This document shows positions 1 through 12,810 of a stretch of 64,000 nucleotides of DNA, in pieces. The position numbers and the translations under genes were made by a program. The notes under the pieces were generated by a model, which saw only the letters and a list, made by a program, of their open reading frames with translations, ran no database searches and had not been told where the DNA came from. The DNA comes from Octopus vulgaris (lineage: Eukaryota). The stretch covers positions 150,970,001 to 151,034,000 of the forward strand of contig OX597815.1 of assembly GCA_951406725.2 (NCBI GenBank), in the 5' to 3' direction. Numbering within the stretch: position 1 is the stretch's first letter; the number at the start of each line of letters is the position of its first letter.

Positions 1-410
1 TATCACTATAAACACGCATCTCGAAACAAGCCGACAGAAATTTCTAAAAAATTCCGTTATTATTGTATCGGTACCAATTTCAGAGTTAATTCATAAGAAT
101 TTTCACCTCATCGGCGATAAATACGTAAGATATAAATGAAATACTTACTCATACCCATGGAAGAAGCAAGCACTAGGTCATGAGCAGACCTAAGTACCCC
201 AAATATACAAAATAGAAAATCTCCAGCACAGCACATCTCGAGACACGTGTGATTCGAACTGAAAACTCTCACAGAGTGAGAGAGTCTGGAAGTAAACACT
301 ATTAAATTTACATCTAATATAGGATAAATTTTTTTGCCCTTGTTTATAAGTTGTTTATAAATTTTACCTTTAATGGTATTTTTTTAATATGCTGGCCATT
401 GATAAAAAAT
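1..410 (-). mobile_element. PLE-type terminal-repeat fragment of the same family as 17659-18305, with an internal inversion
   Basis: 1-325 matches the reverse complement of about 17900-18230. 325-410 matches about 17805-17885 in direct orientation. A degenerate hammerhead (CCGAUGA...GAAA) lies on the minus strand at about 60-122. Confidence 0.65.
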
Positions 411-423
411 ACCGTATTATTGA

Positions 424-751
424 TAATGAAATTTCAATGAAGGGGCTTCGGATCAAGGTTAGAAACTGGCACTTTCTCATTTGGCAAGAAATCTTGAAAG
501 AAAATTGAACTATGACATACATACATACATACATACATACATGCATACATCAACCTATACATAGGTACATACATACATAGGTACATACATAAATACATCT
601 ATCCATATATACATACATATATACATCATACATATATACATCCATCCATACATCCATACATACGTACGTACATGCATACATACATATGTACATGCATACA
701 TACATCTATACATACATATATCCATACATCCATACATACATACATATATAC

Positions 752-782
<31 letters not shown>

Positions 783-1052
783 CATACATACATACATACA
801 TACATACATACATACATACGTACGTACGTACATGCATACATACAAACATACATTCATCCATCCATCCATCAATCCATCCATCCATACATACATACATACA
901 TACATACATACATACATACATACATACATACATACATACATACACATATAAAAAATACCCTGTTGAAATTCTAATGAAGAAGTCTTGGATGTAGGTTAGG
1001 AGCCGATTCTTTCTCTATTGGCAAGAAATCTTAAAATAAAACTGAATAATGA
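424..1052 (+). repeat. Two copies of a ~90-bp element (424-516, 960-1052), each followed by (CATA)n
   Basis: Shared gaaatt..aatgaag..ggat..aggttag..ttggcaagaaatctt..aa..tgaa..atgacatac followed by (TACA)n. Confidence 0.65.
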
Positions 1053-1914
1053 CATACATACATACATAATACATACACACACATGCATTAGAATACATAC
1101 GTAAAATGCACAAATATGTACATACATACATCCATCCATCCATCCATACATACATACATACATACATACATACATACATACATACGTACATACGTACATC
1201 CATACATGCATATATTCATACATACATTCATACATACACACATATATACATACATTCATACATAAACATACATACACATACATACATGCATTCATATATC
1301 CATTCATACTTAGATACACACACACACACATACACACACATACATACATACACACACACATACATACATACATACATACATACATACATACATACATACA
1401 TACATACATACATACATACATACATACACAATGTGGCGTCGATAAAATAAGTACCTGTTGAACTCAGTGCAATCGACTTACCTCCCACCCCGAAATTGCT
1501 GGCCTTGTGCCAAAATTTGAAGCAAATATGAAGTATAGATGTAACCTAAGAAGCCATCATTGTTAGGTTTTTCAACAACTTTCTGAGAGTTTCTACAGAA
1601 TCACCAGGTGTACCTTCATACTGCGGTGTTGTGTGAAGTATTATATGATATTTTGAGAATGGGGGCAAAAAATGCGTTCCTATGCTACATGAGCTATACT
1701 ACATTGTTTGGAATATTATTTTTTTTTTGTCTCTAGTATTATTTTCATCTTTCGTTTGTTGTATGATGCATAAGCAATATGATTTGTGTTATTTTGTGTT
1801 GGATAATGTTTGCATTTCCTGTATGCTATGAGGTAGATCTTATATGTTTTGACGTTGTGCGACTATCGTATACGACATATGCCAGAAGGGTTTTTCTCTT
1901 TTCTTTTTCTGTTA

Positions 1915-2104
1915 TTGCTTTATTTGTTTCAGTCATTTGACTGCGGCCATGCTGGAGCACCGCCTTTAGTCGAACAAATCGATCCCAGTATTTATTCTAT
2001 CGTCATTTTTGCCGAACCGCTAAGTTACGGGGACATGAACACACCAACATCGATTGTCAAGCGATGGTGGGGGACAAGCACAGGCACACAAACATACACA
2101 CACA

Positions 2105-2136
<32 letters not shown>

Positions 2137-2293
2137 CGACGGGCTTCTTTCAGTTTCCGTCTACCAAATCCACTCACAAGGCTTTAGTCGGCCCGAGGCT
2201 ATAGTTGAAGACACTTACCCAAGGTACTACGCAGTGGGATTGAACCCGGAACCATGTGGCTGGTAAGCAAGTTACTTACCACATAGCCACTCG
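1915..2293 (-). mobile_element. tRNA-derived SINE family 2 (internal microsatellite, CR1-like tail)
   Basis: Head gtggctatgtggtaagtaacttgcttacc..gggttcaatccc, CORE-like ccttgggtaagt, internal (TA)n/(TG)n, tail ggcggtgctccagcatggccgcagtcaaatgactgaaac. Confidence 0.8.
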
Positions 2294-2369
2294 TGTAATA
2301 ACGTCTAACTAAATTGCCAGTTGTACAAGTTCGTGGTCCACACTTTCGAGTTTGGCTTATGTAATAATA

Positions 2370-2586
2370 TCCTTTTCTACTCTAGGCACAAGGTCCGAAA
2401 TTTTTTAGGAGAGGGGGCCAGTCGATTAGATGACACCAGTGCGTAACTTGCACTTAATTTATCGACCCCGAAAAGAGGAAAGGCAAAGTCGACCTCGGCG
2501 GAATTTGAACTCAGAATGTAAAGACAGATAAAATACCACTAAGTAATTTGCCCGGCGTGCTAACGTTTCTGCCAGCTCACCGCCTT
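2370..2586 (-). mobile_element. tRNA-derived SINE family 1
   Basis: Head ggcggtgagctggcagaaacgttagcacg, B box gagttcaaattcc, multi-copy in the window. Confidence 0.85.
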
Positions 2587-3612
2587 CGGTGCTTCACGTT
2601 TTATTGGTCCTGTTTCTACTTTCATGTCCCATATCTTTGAGATCCTTATCTCTTGACACTTTCGCCATTTCATATTTTAGGAACTGTAATGACAATTTGC
2701 TCGTATATCCTTTTATTTCAGTCCTTTACTAGCATAACTGAACAGGTTTAGTTAGAATGTATTTCACCAATGAGGTCTACTAGGGACCAAAAATATCCGT
2801 ACTCGATTCTTGCTTGGAAAATAATGATCAGTATAACCTACACACAGTATACTTCAGAGTAACAAATAGTTTTACATGCGACCATGAGAAAGCAAGAGCC
2901 TTCTTTTACTATCACAAATGAGAGTAAAAATTGAAAATAAACTACATTGATGATTTTCACACATGACTAAATGCAAGGCTCTGCTGAAACGCTTAGAAAT
3001 AGAATTTCGTTACTTCTCACTAATGGAAAGAAATAGCAAAAATTATAAACCAGAGATCTGAATTCGGCGAGATTATAAGAATTTTGATGTTGTATAATTA
3101 CTGTGATCAGCCTAATATAATTCAGTTATGACTTATCAAAGTTTTGCAACAAAAATAATACATCTAACTAATTAATTATTTATACGAGTAGATAAGCAAA
3201 CGTTAGCAACGATGTGATTAGATAGTTGTATACAAAAATAAAAATGCGCCATTGTCGAAATAAATCGTTAAAGATACATTAAATATTTAAATTCAAATAC
3301 AAACATGATATAAATATATACGTAATAGACTTTCTGACACCTGATACATACATATGATATTGTAATAACGAATACGTTTCAAACTTTGAACACGATGCAT
3401 AAAAGTGAAACAAAGAATAATGAGCGGGAAAATAAATCAACCATCAGCGAAAAAAAAACATTGAAATATAGAGAACAAAGCTGAATTCAAAAACAGTTAT
3501 ATGAAGAAATGATTGATCATATAATATTGAAGTCAAGACAGAAGTAATACCAAAGCGACAAGCAGATAAGAATGAACAGTGATATTACCAGACACCAGTA
3601 AAATATATATGT

Positions 3613-3670
<58 letters not shown>

Positions 3671-3795
3671 CCCGCATCGGACTTGTCAGTCATGAGCGTG
3701 CCTGCAGATGACGTGGACAACCTTCTTAATCTTCGTTCACGAAGCCAAGCCATGATATATATACATATATACATAGGCGTAGTCGTGTGGTAAGA

Positions 3796-4028
3796 AGGCG
3801 GCGAGCTGGCAGAAACGTTAGCACGCCGGGCGAAATGCGTAGCCGTATTTCGTTTGCCGTTACGTTCTGAGTTTAAATTCCGCCGAGATCGACTTTGCCT
3901 TTCATCCTTTCGGGATCGATAAATTAAGTACCAGTTACGCACTGGGGTCGATGTAATCGACTTAATCTGTTTGTCTGTCCTTGTTTGTCCCCTCAGTGTT
4001 TAGCCCCTTGTGGGCAATAAAGAAATAA
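3796..4028 (+). mobile_element. SINE family 1 nested in the head of a family 2 SINE
   Basis: Full monomer flanked by a taagaag duplication. The family 2 sequence resumes at about 4030-4130. Confidence 0.85.
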
Positions 4029-4125
4029 GAAGCTTGCCTCCCAGCCACATGATTCTACTATAGCCTCGGACCGACCAAAGCCTTGTGAGTGTATTTGATA
4101 GAAAGAAACTTAAAGAAGCCTGACG

Positions 4126-4196
<71 letters not shown>

Positions 4197-4209
4197 CTCT
4201 TTGCGTGTA

Positions 4210-4895
4210 TATGCGAAGGCAAATGGACAAGTGTATTTACAGAAAAGCAGCGGATAAACAAGTACGTCATTTTTCTATATAATCTTCTTGCTTTCCGATG
4301 TACTTAATCCAGCACTCCACAAGCTTGTGTATTCCCTCCAAGAAGAAGGTTTTCGGTTGATCGCGCAACCATTTATGCACCACGTCCTTCACATCTTCAT
4401 CAGTGGGAAATCGACGGCCTTTTAGACCATCTTTGAGAGGTCTAAAAATATGATAGTCGGAAGGGGTGAGATCTGGGCTGTAGGCAGGGTGTTCCAGCGT
4501 CTCAAGACTCAAATGGTTAATGATTTCAATGGTTTGGGTGGTTGTCTGCGGGCGTGCATTGGCATGCATCAACAACACTTTCTTCAACAATAGGCTTTGG
4601 CGTTGGGTGTGAATTGCTGGCTTCAATCTGTTTGCCAGCAAAGCACTGTATCTTGCATTATTAATTATACACCCCTTTTCCAGAGAAATGAGACCGCTGC
4701 TCTTTGTTTTTCGTTGGTGCACATTACTAGTTGAGCATTCATGCTTATACTGTAAAGCCAGAAAGAAAAATGGCGCGATCAAGCTCAAACATCGACCACA
4801 AGAGTACCAACTATAAGCACGCATGCGCAGAAAGCAGTGTGACAATAATAAAGATATGTTATGAAGAAAATTCGGATAATTTTCATTTCCCCTTG

Positions 4896-4897
<2 letters not shown>
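4210..4897 (-). mobile_element. Internally deleted mariner (DD34D-type) transposon
   Basis: The ORF 4267-5001 C-terminal part reads LMHANARP..LEHPAYSPDLTPSDYHIFRPLKDGLKGRRF..EGIHKL..W..YIEK. Degenerate TIRs (tacaaggggaaatg / tgcgaaggcaaatg). Confidence 0.85.
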
Positions 4898-4928
<31 letters not shown>

Positions 4929-5279
4929 CAATGAAAAGAAGACAAAAAAAATTCTTTAACACATCTTTAATTAAAAGTTTCCGTACCATTTCTATTTGCA
5001 ATGCCAGTTTACGCGAAAATTCATAAAGGAAAATTACGTAATATTTGCGGTTTTAGTCATTGTAGAGGCACTTCCTCACACTTGCATCAAGGTGTGCTAT
5101 TACATTGTGCGTCTATCAGGGCTTTTTGTTAGGAAAGTACCAAGAGGAAATGAAAAGGAAAAAATCAAAAGTGTGTATGCGGGAAGATATTATGTTGGGT
5201 GGGGGGAAGGAATTAAGAGAGTGAATATATATATAATGATAGGAGGGAGAAAAGGAAGGAGGGGAAGGAAAACAAACAG

Positions 5280-5422
5280 AAGAAGAAGAAGGAGGAGGAG
5301 GAGGAGGAGGAGACGAAGAAGAAGAAGAAGAAGAAGAAGAAGAAGAAGAAGAAGAAGAAGAAGAAGAAGAAGAAGAAGAAGAAGAAGAAGAAGAAGAAGA
5401 AGAAGAAGAAGAAGAAGAAGAA
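5280..5422. repeat. (GAA)n/(GGA)n microsatellite
   Basis: Directly visible. Confidence 0.95.
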
Positions 5423-7005
5423 GGTGTGTTAACCAGTACTGGCAGAGCCATTGTTACCAAAAGATTCGTCCGATGGAAGACAATGTATTTAACCACAGAG
5501 CGACATTAGTCTGCGACAACTTAAAGTGAAAAGATCAATTAAATAGATAACTAGACAATTAGCCGGAGTCAAAGGATGAGGATGCTAAAGATATATGTTG
5601 TGGGAGGATCTAAATTTATGAACTTAGTGTGTTTCTGCGCTGAGAGAGAGAGATACAAGAAGGGATAGTAGAAGATGAACATACATACAGAAATGTACAC
5701 ATAGATACACACATATATATATACGTAAATATATATGCACACACACATACACACACAAACCGTTTGTATAATACGCATATACAATGAATGTGTGTGTCGT
5801 ATGCGCTCGTGTGTTTATGTGTATGTGTGTGTGTGTGAGTGTATGCATGTGCATATCTTTATTTTCGTCGCCACACCATTCGACAACCAGTGTTAATTTA
5901 GCAGTTCGACAAAAAACGCCGATTGAATAAGAATTTAACTTTAAAAAAATAAATAAGTACTGGGGCCGACTTGTTGGAATAAAGCCTCCAAAGCAGTACC
6001 CTAGCATGGCCACATTTCAATGACTGAAACAAGTAAAAAGAGATGTGAAGCATCTACCAGCTGGGATCGAACTTGCCTTCATGTCATAATCTCAGTTCAC
6101 CAAGGCGCTTATCTGTTTCTCTGCTTCCTAACTTATCACAGTTTAACTGTCCAACACATTTATCATTGGTACAACTACAACAAACTCGTCTCTTTTTAAT
6201 GCTAACATGAAACCTAATCAAGTAAAAATCTGCAAGAGAGACGTCCATTATTGTGTTTCGTGCAGCTAAATTCAGTCAATCTGTTTCCAATTAATAACTT
6301 CAAGTCTCGTGATTTCCCGTTGATATATCTTGACGGCACCCGTGCAAGCATGAACTATAATAAAAGACAGATTTTGATTAAACGAGTTGTGAAATTTTCT
6401 CATACTGAAAATCTTGGTTTTCATGTCGATTTAAGGAAGATTAGCGCATCAAAGTTGACATAGGTTGGGCTGACTCTGTTAAACTGGTGCAATTTATTCC
6501 TTCATTTCTTTAATGGATGCAATGACGACTTTCAAACTGCCTCGGAATCAAATTACTGACAATCTAATAAATTCTGTATCGGAGATATATATTACTCAAC
6601 AGTGAAAGCCGTGAATTTCTGAGGGTTTTTTTTAAATCCTGTACTATAAACACAGTCACCTCTTTAGTCAACACCATTATACCTGTGTGAGTGTATGTGT
6701 GTGTGTGTGTGTTGTAAGTTATAATGCCATGATATATGCATGCGTTTCTAAATGTGTATGTATTCGTACGTACGTATGTATGCATGCATGTATGTACGTA
6801 TATATGTACGTATGTATGTATGTACGTATATATATACGTACATACGTGTGTATTTATGTATGTATGCATGCGTGTTGAAATATGTGTATACACTTTAAAT
6901 GACAATACCATCTATATATCTGTGTGCGTGCATGTGCCTGTGTTTACGTGTGCGTGTGTGTGCGTGTATGAGTGTGGGTGTATGGAAGTGTGTGTGCGCA
7001 TGCAA

Positions 7006-7006
<1 letters not shown>

Positions 7007-7098
<92 letters not shown>

Positions 7099-7125
7099 CA
7101 GACAGATAGATAGATAGATAGATAT

Positions 7126-7222
<97 letters not shown>
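7007..7222. repeat. (GATA)n microsatellite
   Basis: Directly visible. Confidence 0.95.
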
Positions 7223-7552
7223 CAGAATGAAAGAATGAAGGAAGGAAAGAATATAGGCCTATGGTTGTTGCCCATTGAGACTAGAGAAAAAGCTCATTTC
7301 AAGATAGAACATTACGTATTCTTTGATTTGGTTCCAACTACAAAACAAATATGATGAAGAATTTTCAATTTAAAACCAGAACAATTGGTTCGGTTCCATT
7401 TACCATTCTGAAATATCTCACAATGAAGTGTAATGTCGAACAGCGTGGCATATAAGCTTTTACGCATAAAAACAACACCAGCAGATATGTCTTCTCAATT
7501 GGCCTGCAGCTTCTAGTCAAATGTAAAAATGAAAGCATTACGACTCTTATGC

Positions 7553-7554
7553 TG

Positions 7555-7634
<80 letters not shown>

Positions 7635-7635
7635 G

Positions 7636-7690
<55 letters not shown>
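7553..7690. repeat. (TAA)n microsatellite, presumed Dong target
   Basis: Directly visible, abuts the inferred 5' end of the Dong element. Confidence 0.95.
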
Positions 7691-7691
<1 letters not shown>

Positions 7692-10600
7692 TCAGCTCCG
7701 GGCTGAATAACAACATGGATGTTCCCTGGGAGCCTCTCTCCAAAAAACGAATTTAATCCAACAACATCGTTACAATGGAAGAAAGGTTCCACAAAATATC
7801 TTTTCCAAATTTTCTTTTAAGGCAAAGTAACTAAAAAGTCCGAACTATTATTGCCATATATAGTATGGTTTTCTTTCTTTTATGCACAATATTTCCATGT
7901 GACATGCATAAGAAATAGAAGCGAACATCAGAGCTCTTGAAAGACAGTAAGTACATAAATGGATTAATTAATTAATTAATTAAATAAGTATACATGCAAC
8001 TGTTTATGCATACACGTACACATTTTAATTATAAAGTATACATGCAACTGTTTGTGCATACATGTACACATTTTAATTATAAAGCATAAATAATGCATAC
8101 ACGCGCTCACACGTACACACAGAAAGAAAAACCACGTTACGCGGACGAAAACAAAACAAAAACAAAGCGATTTTTTACGAACAAACGCAAAAAAGAGAAA
8201 ATTGGTCACTGAATTTAGAAAGTCACTACACAGTTATGCCCGGAAACATGACTACCAAAAGAAATAGAGGCGAATTTCGATCTGTAAGTCTTATGCGAGT
8301 TCGATATGAACAATATATTAATTCGGAGAATTCAGAAGCGGTGTTTTGTCAAAAAATTGACCCTGTCACCGTCACAGAAGCGGCGTCTTGTCAAAAAGTT
8401 GACTCTGAAAAAATGGACCCCTCTGATGTCGCCGTCAATCATTTAATGAAAACAAGCCAAAAATCATGCCGGATCGGTCATCGCCCGGGACAACAAGGAC
8501 CGCGTTACCCAGTAGGGAACCAGACTGGGGTCGAAAAGTTTGCTGCTGGAACAAACTCTCAAAAAGACGATCTACCAGGTGACCAGAACCAGAATACTTC
8601 TAACTCTGGACTTGTAGTGACACCACCAAAAACACCACCTAAAGCAAAACGTATAAAATGGACCAGAGAGGACTATAGAGATGTGTTGAAAGCTTTTTAT
8701 ACAGCCCAACTAAACCCAAACAATAACCTCAGTGTACAAACATACATCTCATGGAGAAATTCAGTAGGCAATGACGTACGTAGATATATAGACGCAAATA
8801 AATTAAGTAATGTACGCAGAGATATAATTAAAAACAAAAGACTAACTGACGCTGAAATTGACAAAATTAGGACACTAATAGCTCATGGTAGACCAAAAGA
8901 AAACAGCAACAATGTAGACGAAATAGGTAATAGTAGCACAGAAGCCAGTGTACAAGCGGCAAATCAACTTCCCAATGGGGAAGTTAAACAAAGAATAGCG
9001 AAGACGAGAGATTTGAAAAAAGAGGAGAACGTAGACCTTCCTCAAGAAAACCAAAATAGATATGACATAGAATTTGAGGTGAATAATAGAGAAAAGATTA
9101 TGGAAGCAAAAGTGGACATTATGAGAGAACTCGGCAAGATTGAGCTCACTGACATGGTTAATAGAGAACCACTACCAAAGTTTTCAAATGGCACAAGAAA
9201 TAACAACACAATCATGACATATAACGTTGCCCTAGGACAGATCTTAAGAAATAAGGGGAATGATTTGACAACCTTAAATAATCTCATTTATTCCACTGCT
9301 AAAGTAGTAACTACCCAACTAGGTATTAAGATGACAAAGAAAAAGGCCAGGCATGTCAATGAACCTCCTAAGTGGAAAGTAGCGATACAAAAAGAGATTG
9401 AATCTCTGCGGGCGGATGTTTCAGTTCTCGATGAGCTTGCTAGAGGAGTGAATATTAAGCCGAGAAAAGCTAGAAAAATCAAGCAAAAATATAAAATCAA
9501 AGATCTCATAAACCTCCCTGCAACTAAGGAACTGTTGAAACAACGGATACAGTTGAAAGCTCAACGGCTTAGAAGGTATGACAAAAGAAACAAATTTTAT
9601 CGACAAAATAAATTTTTTAAGACAGATGCAAAGAAATTTTATAGGGAAATTGGCAAAAATAAAATACACATAGAAGATCCACCTAAGATTGAGGAAGTGG
9701 AGGAGTTCTGGAAGAAGGTATGGAGCAACGAAAAAGAGTTTAATGCTGAGGCTGACTGGATAGAACGTGAGAAAGAGAGACTGGATGAACTTGAAGAACA
9801 GAAATGGGAAGCAATAGGAATAGAGGAGCTAAGGTGTGTCCTTAGGAAGGCTCATAAATGGAAAACCCCAGGACTGGATCGGATCCCTAACTTCTGGCTG
9901 AATTGTTTGACAGAGGTACACGAACATCTCGCTGCATCTCTGTCTGATGTCATTCAGAACCCAGAGCAAATACCTGCTTGGCTGACTGAAGGAACCACCT
10001 ACCTATTACCTAAAACCGAAGACACAAAAAACCCAAAGAATTACCGGCCAATAACATGTCTCAACACCACCTACAAAACCCTCACATCCATAATAACGGA
10101 GAGAATGTACGCTTTCCTTGAACAAAATTCTATCCTTCCACAAGCTCAAAAAGGTTGTAAAAGAAACTCTTATGGGTGCAAAGACCAATTGCTCATAAAC
10201 AGAATGATTGTAGAGAATTGCCGGAGCAAAAACAAAAACCTGAGTATGGCATGGATAGACTACAGGAAAGCGTATGACAGTGTCCCACATAAATGGATAC
10301 TCAAGGCCCTTGAGATATACAAGATCTCCCCTGTCGTCTCAAAATTCTTAGAGAATAGCATGACCATGTGGAACACACGTCTCTTCCTAAGCCATAGTAA
10401 TGGGATGAGCCAGTCCAACAGCATCAACATCAAACGAGGCATCTTTCAAGGTGACTCCCTCTCTCCATTACTTTTTTGCATGGCACTGATCCCACTCTCA
10501 AACGAATTGGATAGTGCCAGATATGGGTACAAAGTTTTTAGCAAGTTAATAAACCACCTTTTTTATATGGACGATCTAAAGCTGTTTGCCAAGAATGACC

Positions 10601-12283
10601 AAGAGCTAGAAGGGCTGCTAACAACTGTTAAAGAGTTTAGCAATGATATCGGAATGGATTTTGGCCTTGATAAGTGTGCTAAAGCAACTTTTGTAAGAGG
10701 CAAGCTCAGGCAAACAGCTTCTGTTAAATTAGATATTGACACTACCATCAAGGAACTTGACCCACAAGAAAGCTACAAATACCTAGGAATCAACGAAGGA
10801 GATGGTATACATCATGCTACTATGAAGGAAAAAATAAGAAAGGAGTACTATAGGAGAATAAGGCTTGTACTGAAGACTGAACTCAACTCCAAAAATTGCA
10901 TTGAGGCCATTAACACCCTGGCACTTCCAGTAGTCCAGTACAGTTTTAACATCATTAACTGGAACCTTACGGAACTCCAACGCTTGGACAGGAAGACAAG
11001 AAAGTTACTGACATCCAGGAGCATGCACCACCCTAAGGCAGATGTAGACCGCTTGTACCTACCTAGAAGCAGCGGGGGGAGAGGAATGATGCAATTGGAG
11101 CTGTGCTATAAGACCTCTACTGTAGGAATGAACAGGTACCTATCTAGTACAAAAGACTGGATGATGCGACTTGTGTGTGAACACGAAAGCAGCAAAAAGC
11201 TGCATTCTATTGTCAAGGAAGCTTATAAGTTCGAAAGGGAACTAGGCATTAACCTTGAATCAGGTGAAGAGCCAGAAACCACTGCTACCAAGCAAGCAAA
11301 GCGAATCAGGCAGACTGCAAAAAAGAATGGGCAGAATCAAATTGAGAGGCGGTGGAGCCAGAAGCCCCTGCATGGACAATACATTCTCCGAAGCCAAAAT
11401 GCTGATGTAGACCAAGCAACAACCCATCAGTGGCTGAAGAGTTCTGGATTGAAAGCAGAGACTGAAGGCTTCATAATGGCAGCACAAGATCAAAGCTTGT
11501 TTACCAGAAATTACCAGGCTAACGTTCTCCGAAACGGTACTGACCCTAAATGCAGATTCTGTGACACATTTGACGAAACAATAGACCATCTCGTTTCGGG
11601 ATGTCCTGTGCTGACACCAAACGAATACAAAAATCGCCACGATAGGGTAGGACAGTATATACATTGGAAGATATGTAAACACTACAAATCCGACACTCCT
11701 GCTAACTGGTATGAACACCATCCTCAGCCAGTTGTTGAAGGTAAAGATGTCACCATCCTCTGGGATTTTCCAGTCAACACTGACAGAACGATCAAGGCTA
11801 ATCGACCAGACATAATTGTTAAAGACAGGGAAGAAAATACCTGCAGACTAATAGAAGTAAGCGTCCCCACTGATAAAAATGTATCTGTCAAGGAATTTGA
11901 CAAACTTAGTAAATATAAGGACCTGGAAATCGAAATACAGAGGATGTGGAATCTTAAAACAAAAACTGTTCCTGTTATTGTAGGTGCCCTAGGTATGATA
12001 AAAAAGGGATGTCAGAAACACCTAGACAATATCCCTGGAAAACCATGTCTCAAGGAAATCCAAAAGATTGTGCTAACAAGTACTGCCCACATCCTTAGAA
12101 AAACCCTATCAATGTAAATGTTTGTGTTTGTATTACATGGAGATATTTCTCTACTTCCCCTCCCCAAGCTTTCAGCTATATTTCAACAACTCTTAACCTT
12201 CACTTGCCCTAGGGCGCTGGGTGTGCCCCGGCAGGTGATTGCATCAAACATGCAGATTAAAAGTAAATGACAATAATAATAAT
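7691..12283 (+). mobile_element. Putatively full-length Dong/R4 element inserted in (TAA)n
   Basis: Preceded by (TAA)n at 7553-7690. The short 3' UTR has a nested stem-loop (cacttgcc 12201-12208 / ggcaggtg 12230-12237) and ends in an (AAT)4 tail. The 5' boundary is inferred from the microsatellite edge. Confidence 0.75.
8236..12117 (+). CDS. Intact single ORF of an R4/Dong-clade non-LTR retrotransposon (Myb-like N-terminus, RT, CCHC knuckle, restriction-like endonuclease)
   Basis: Uninterrupted 1293-aa ORF. RT motifs TPGLD, NYRPITCL, WIDYRKAYDSVPH, GIFQGDSLSPLLF and HLFYMDDLKLF. C-terminal CRFCDTFDETIDHLVSGC, RHD and RPDIIV..IEVSVP..KLSKY (PD-(D/E)xK RLE). N-terminal RIKWTREDYRDVLKAFY resembles a Myb-like domain. 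The true start may be a downstream Met such as 8446. Confidence 0.93.
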   Translation: MPGNMTTKRNRGEFRSVSLMRVRYEQYINSENSEAVFCQKIDPVTVTEAASCQKVDSEKMDPSDVAVNHLMKTSQKSCRIGHRPGQQGPRYPVGNQTGVEKFAAGTNSQKDDLPGDQNQNTSNSGLVVTPPKTPPKAKRIKWTREDYRDVLKAFYTAQLNPNNNLSVQTYISWRNSVGNDVRRYIDANKLSNVRRDIIKNKRLTDAEIDKIRTLIAHGRPKENSNNVDEIGNSSTEASVQAANQLPNGEVKQRIAKTRDLKKEENVDLPQENQNRYDIEFEVNNREKIMEAKVDIMRELGKIELTDMVNREPLPKFSNGTRNNNTIMTYNVALGQILRNKGNDLTTLNNLIYSTAKVVTTQLGIKMTKKKARHVNEPPKWKVAIQKEIESLRADVSVLDELARGVNIKPRKARKIKQKYKIKDLINLPATKELLKQRIQLKAQRLRRYDKRNKFYRQNKFFKTDAKKFYREIGKNKIHIEDPPKIEEVEEFWKKVWSNEKEFNAEADWIEREKERLDELEEQKWEAIGIEELRCVLRKAHKWKTPGLDRIPNFWLNCLTEVHEHLAASLSDVIQNPEQIPAWLTEGTTYLLPKTEDTKNPKNYRPITCLNTTYKTLTSIITERMYAFLEQNSILPQAQKGCKRNSYGCKDQLLINRMIVENCRSKNKNLSMAWIDYRKAYDSVPHKWILKALEIYKISPVVSKFLENSMTMWNTRLFLSHSNGMSQSNSINIKRGIFQGDSLSPLLFCMALIPLSNELDSARYGYKVFSKLINHLFYMDDLKLFAKNDQELEGLLTTVKEFSNDIGMDFGLDKCAKATFVRGKLRQTASVKLDIDTTIKELDPQESYKYLGINEGDGIHHATMKEKIRKEYYRRIRLVLKTELNSKNCIEAINTLALPVVQYSFNIINWNLTELQRLDRKTRKLLTSRSMHHPKADVDRLYLPRSSGGRGMMQLELCYKTSTVGMNRYLSSTKDWMMRLVCEHESSKKLHSIVKEAYKFERELGINLESGEEPETTATKQAKRIRQTAKKNGQNQIERRWSQKPLHGQYILRSQNADVDQATTHQWLKSSGLKAETEGFIMAAQDQSLFTRNYQANVLRNGTDPKCRFCDTFDETIDHLVSGCPVLTPNEYKNRHDRVGQYIHWKICKHYKSDTPANWYEHHPQPVVEGKDVTILWDFPVNTDRTIKANRPDIIVKDREENTCRLIEVSVPTDKNVSVKEFDKLSKYKDLEIEIQRMWNLKTKTVPVIVGALGMIKKGCQKHLDNIPGKPCLKEIQKIVLTSTAHILRKTLSM

Positions 12284-12375
12284 TTCACCGGGTTTGAATA
12301 GTTCACCGTGGGTTTGAATAGTTCACCGGGTTTGAATAGTTCACCGGGTTTGAATAGTTCACAGGGTTTGAATAG
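12284..12375 (+). repeat. Five tandem copies of an 18-20 bp unit (ttcaccgggtttgaatag)
   Basis: Directly visible. The unit derives from the internal motif gggtttgaataattcacc of the 555-bp element that follows. Confidence 0.9.
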
Positions 12376-12660
12376 TTCACCTCTGGAAACATGGGTGGTT
12401 CTTTCAACATCCTTAAACAACCCTTATTCAGGGAGCGTTTGAGCAGGATGGGCTACTCAAAATGAAGAAAATTCTAACTGGGCCCCACCTGCAAGGTCAT
12501 GTGCTGTTTATCTTGATATGAGATCACCATGTCGCGCACATATGGTTGTGATGCATGTGCCTGGTGTACCCTTATCAGACGGGTAGTCATGATGGGTATA
12601 TTGGGCTTCGTATATTTTACCCCAGTGTCACTTTGATGGCATGAACTGCTCTCTCACTCA
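12364..12660 (+). mobile_element. 555-bp TAA-associated non-coding element, 5'-truncated copy A
   Basis: Matches the 3' half of copies B and C and is followed by (AAT)n/(GAT)n. Confidence 0.8.
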
Positions 12661-12663
12661 ATG

Positions 12664-12714
<51 letters not shown>

Positions 12715-12730
12715 GTAATAATAATAATAG

Positions 12731-12764
<34 letters not shown>

Positions 12765-12772
12765 GATGATGG

Positions 12773-12806
<34 letters not shown>

Positions 12807-12810
12807 AAAA

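Noticed and set aside
424-1020. Hammerhead in the ~90-bp CATA-tailed repeat
   Set aside because: The cores (caatga/ctaatga, gaaac/gagc) are too degenerate in both copies.
7986-8083. 48-bp tandem duplication in the presumed Dong 5' UTR
   Set aside because: The duplication is real, but no function can be assigned and it may be flanking DNA.
9042-11721. Antisense ORFs within the Dong ORF
   Set aside because: Shadow frames of a long coding sequence with no recognisable motifs.
12284-12375. CRISPR-like short repeat array
   Set aside because: No spacers, no cas genes, eukaryotic context.
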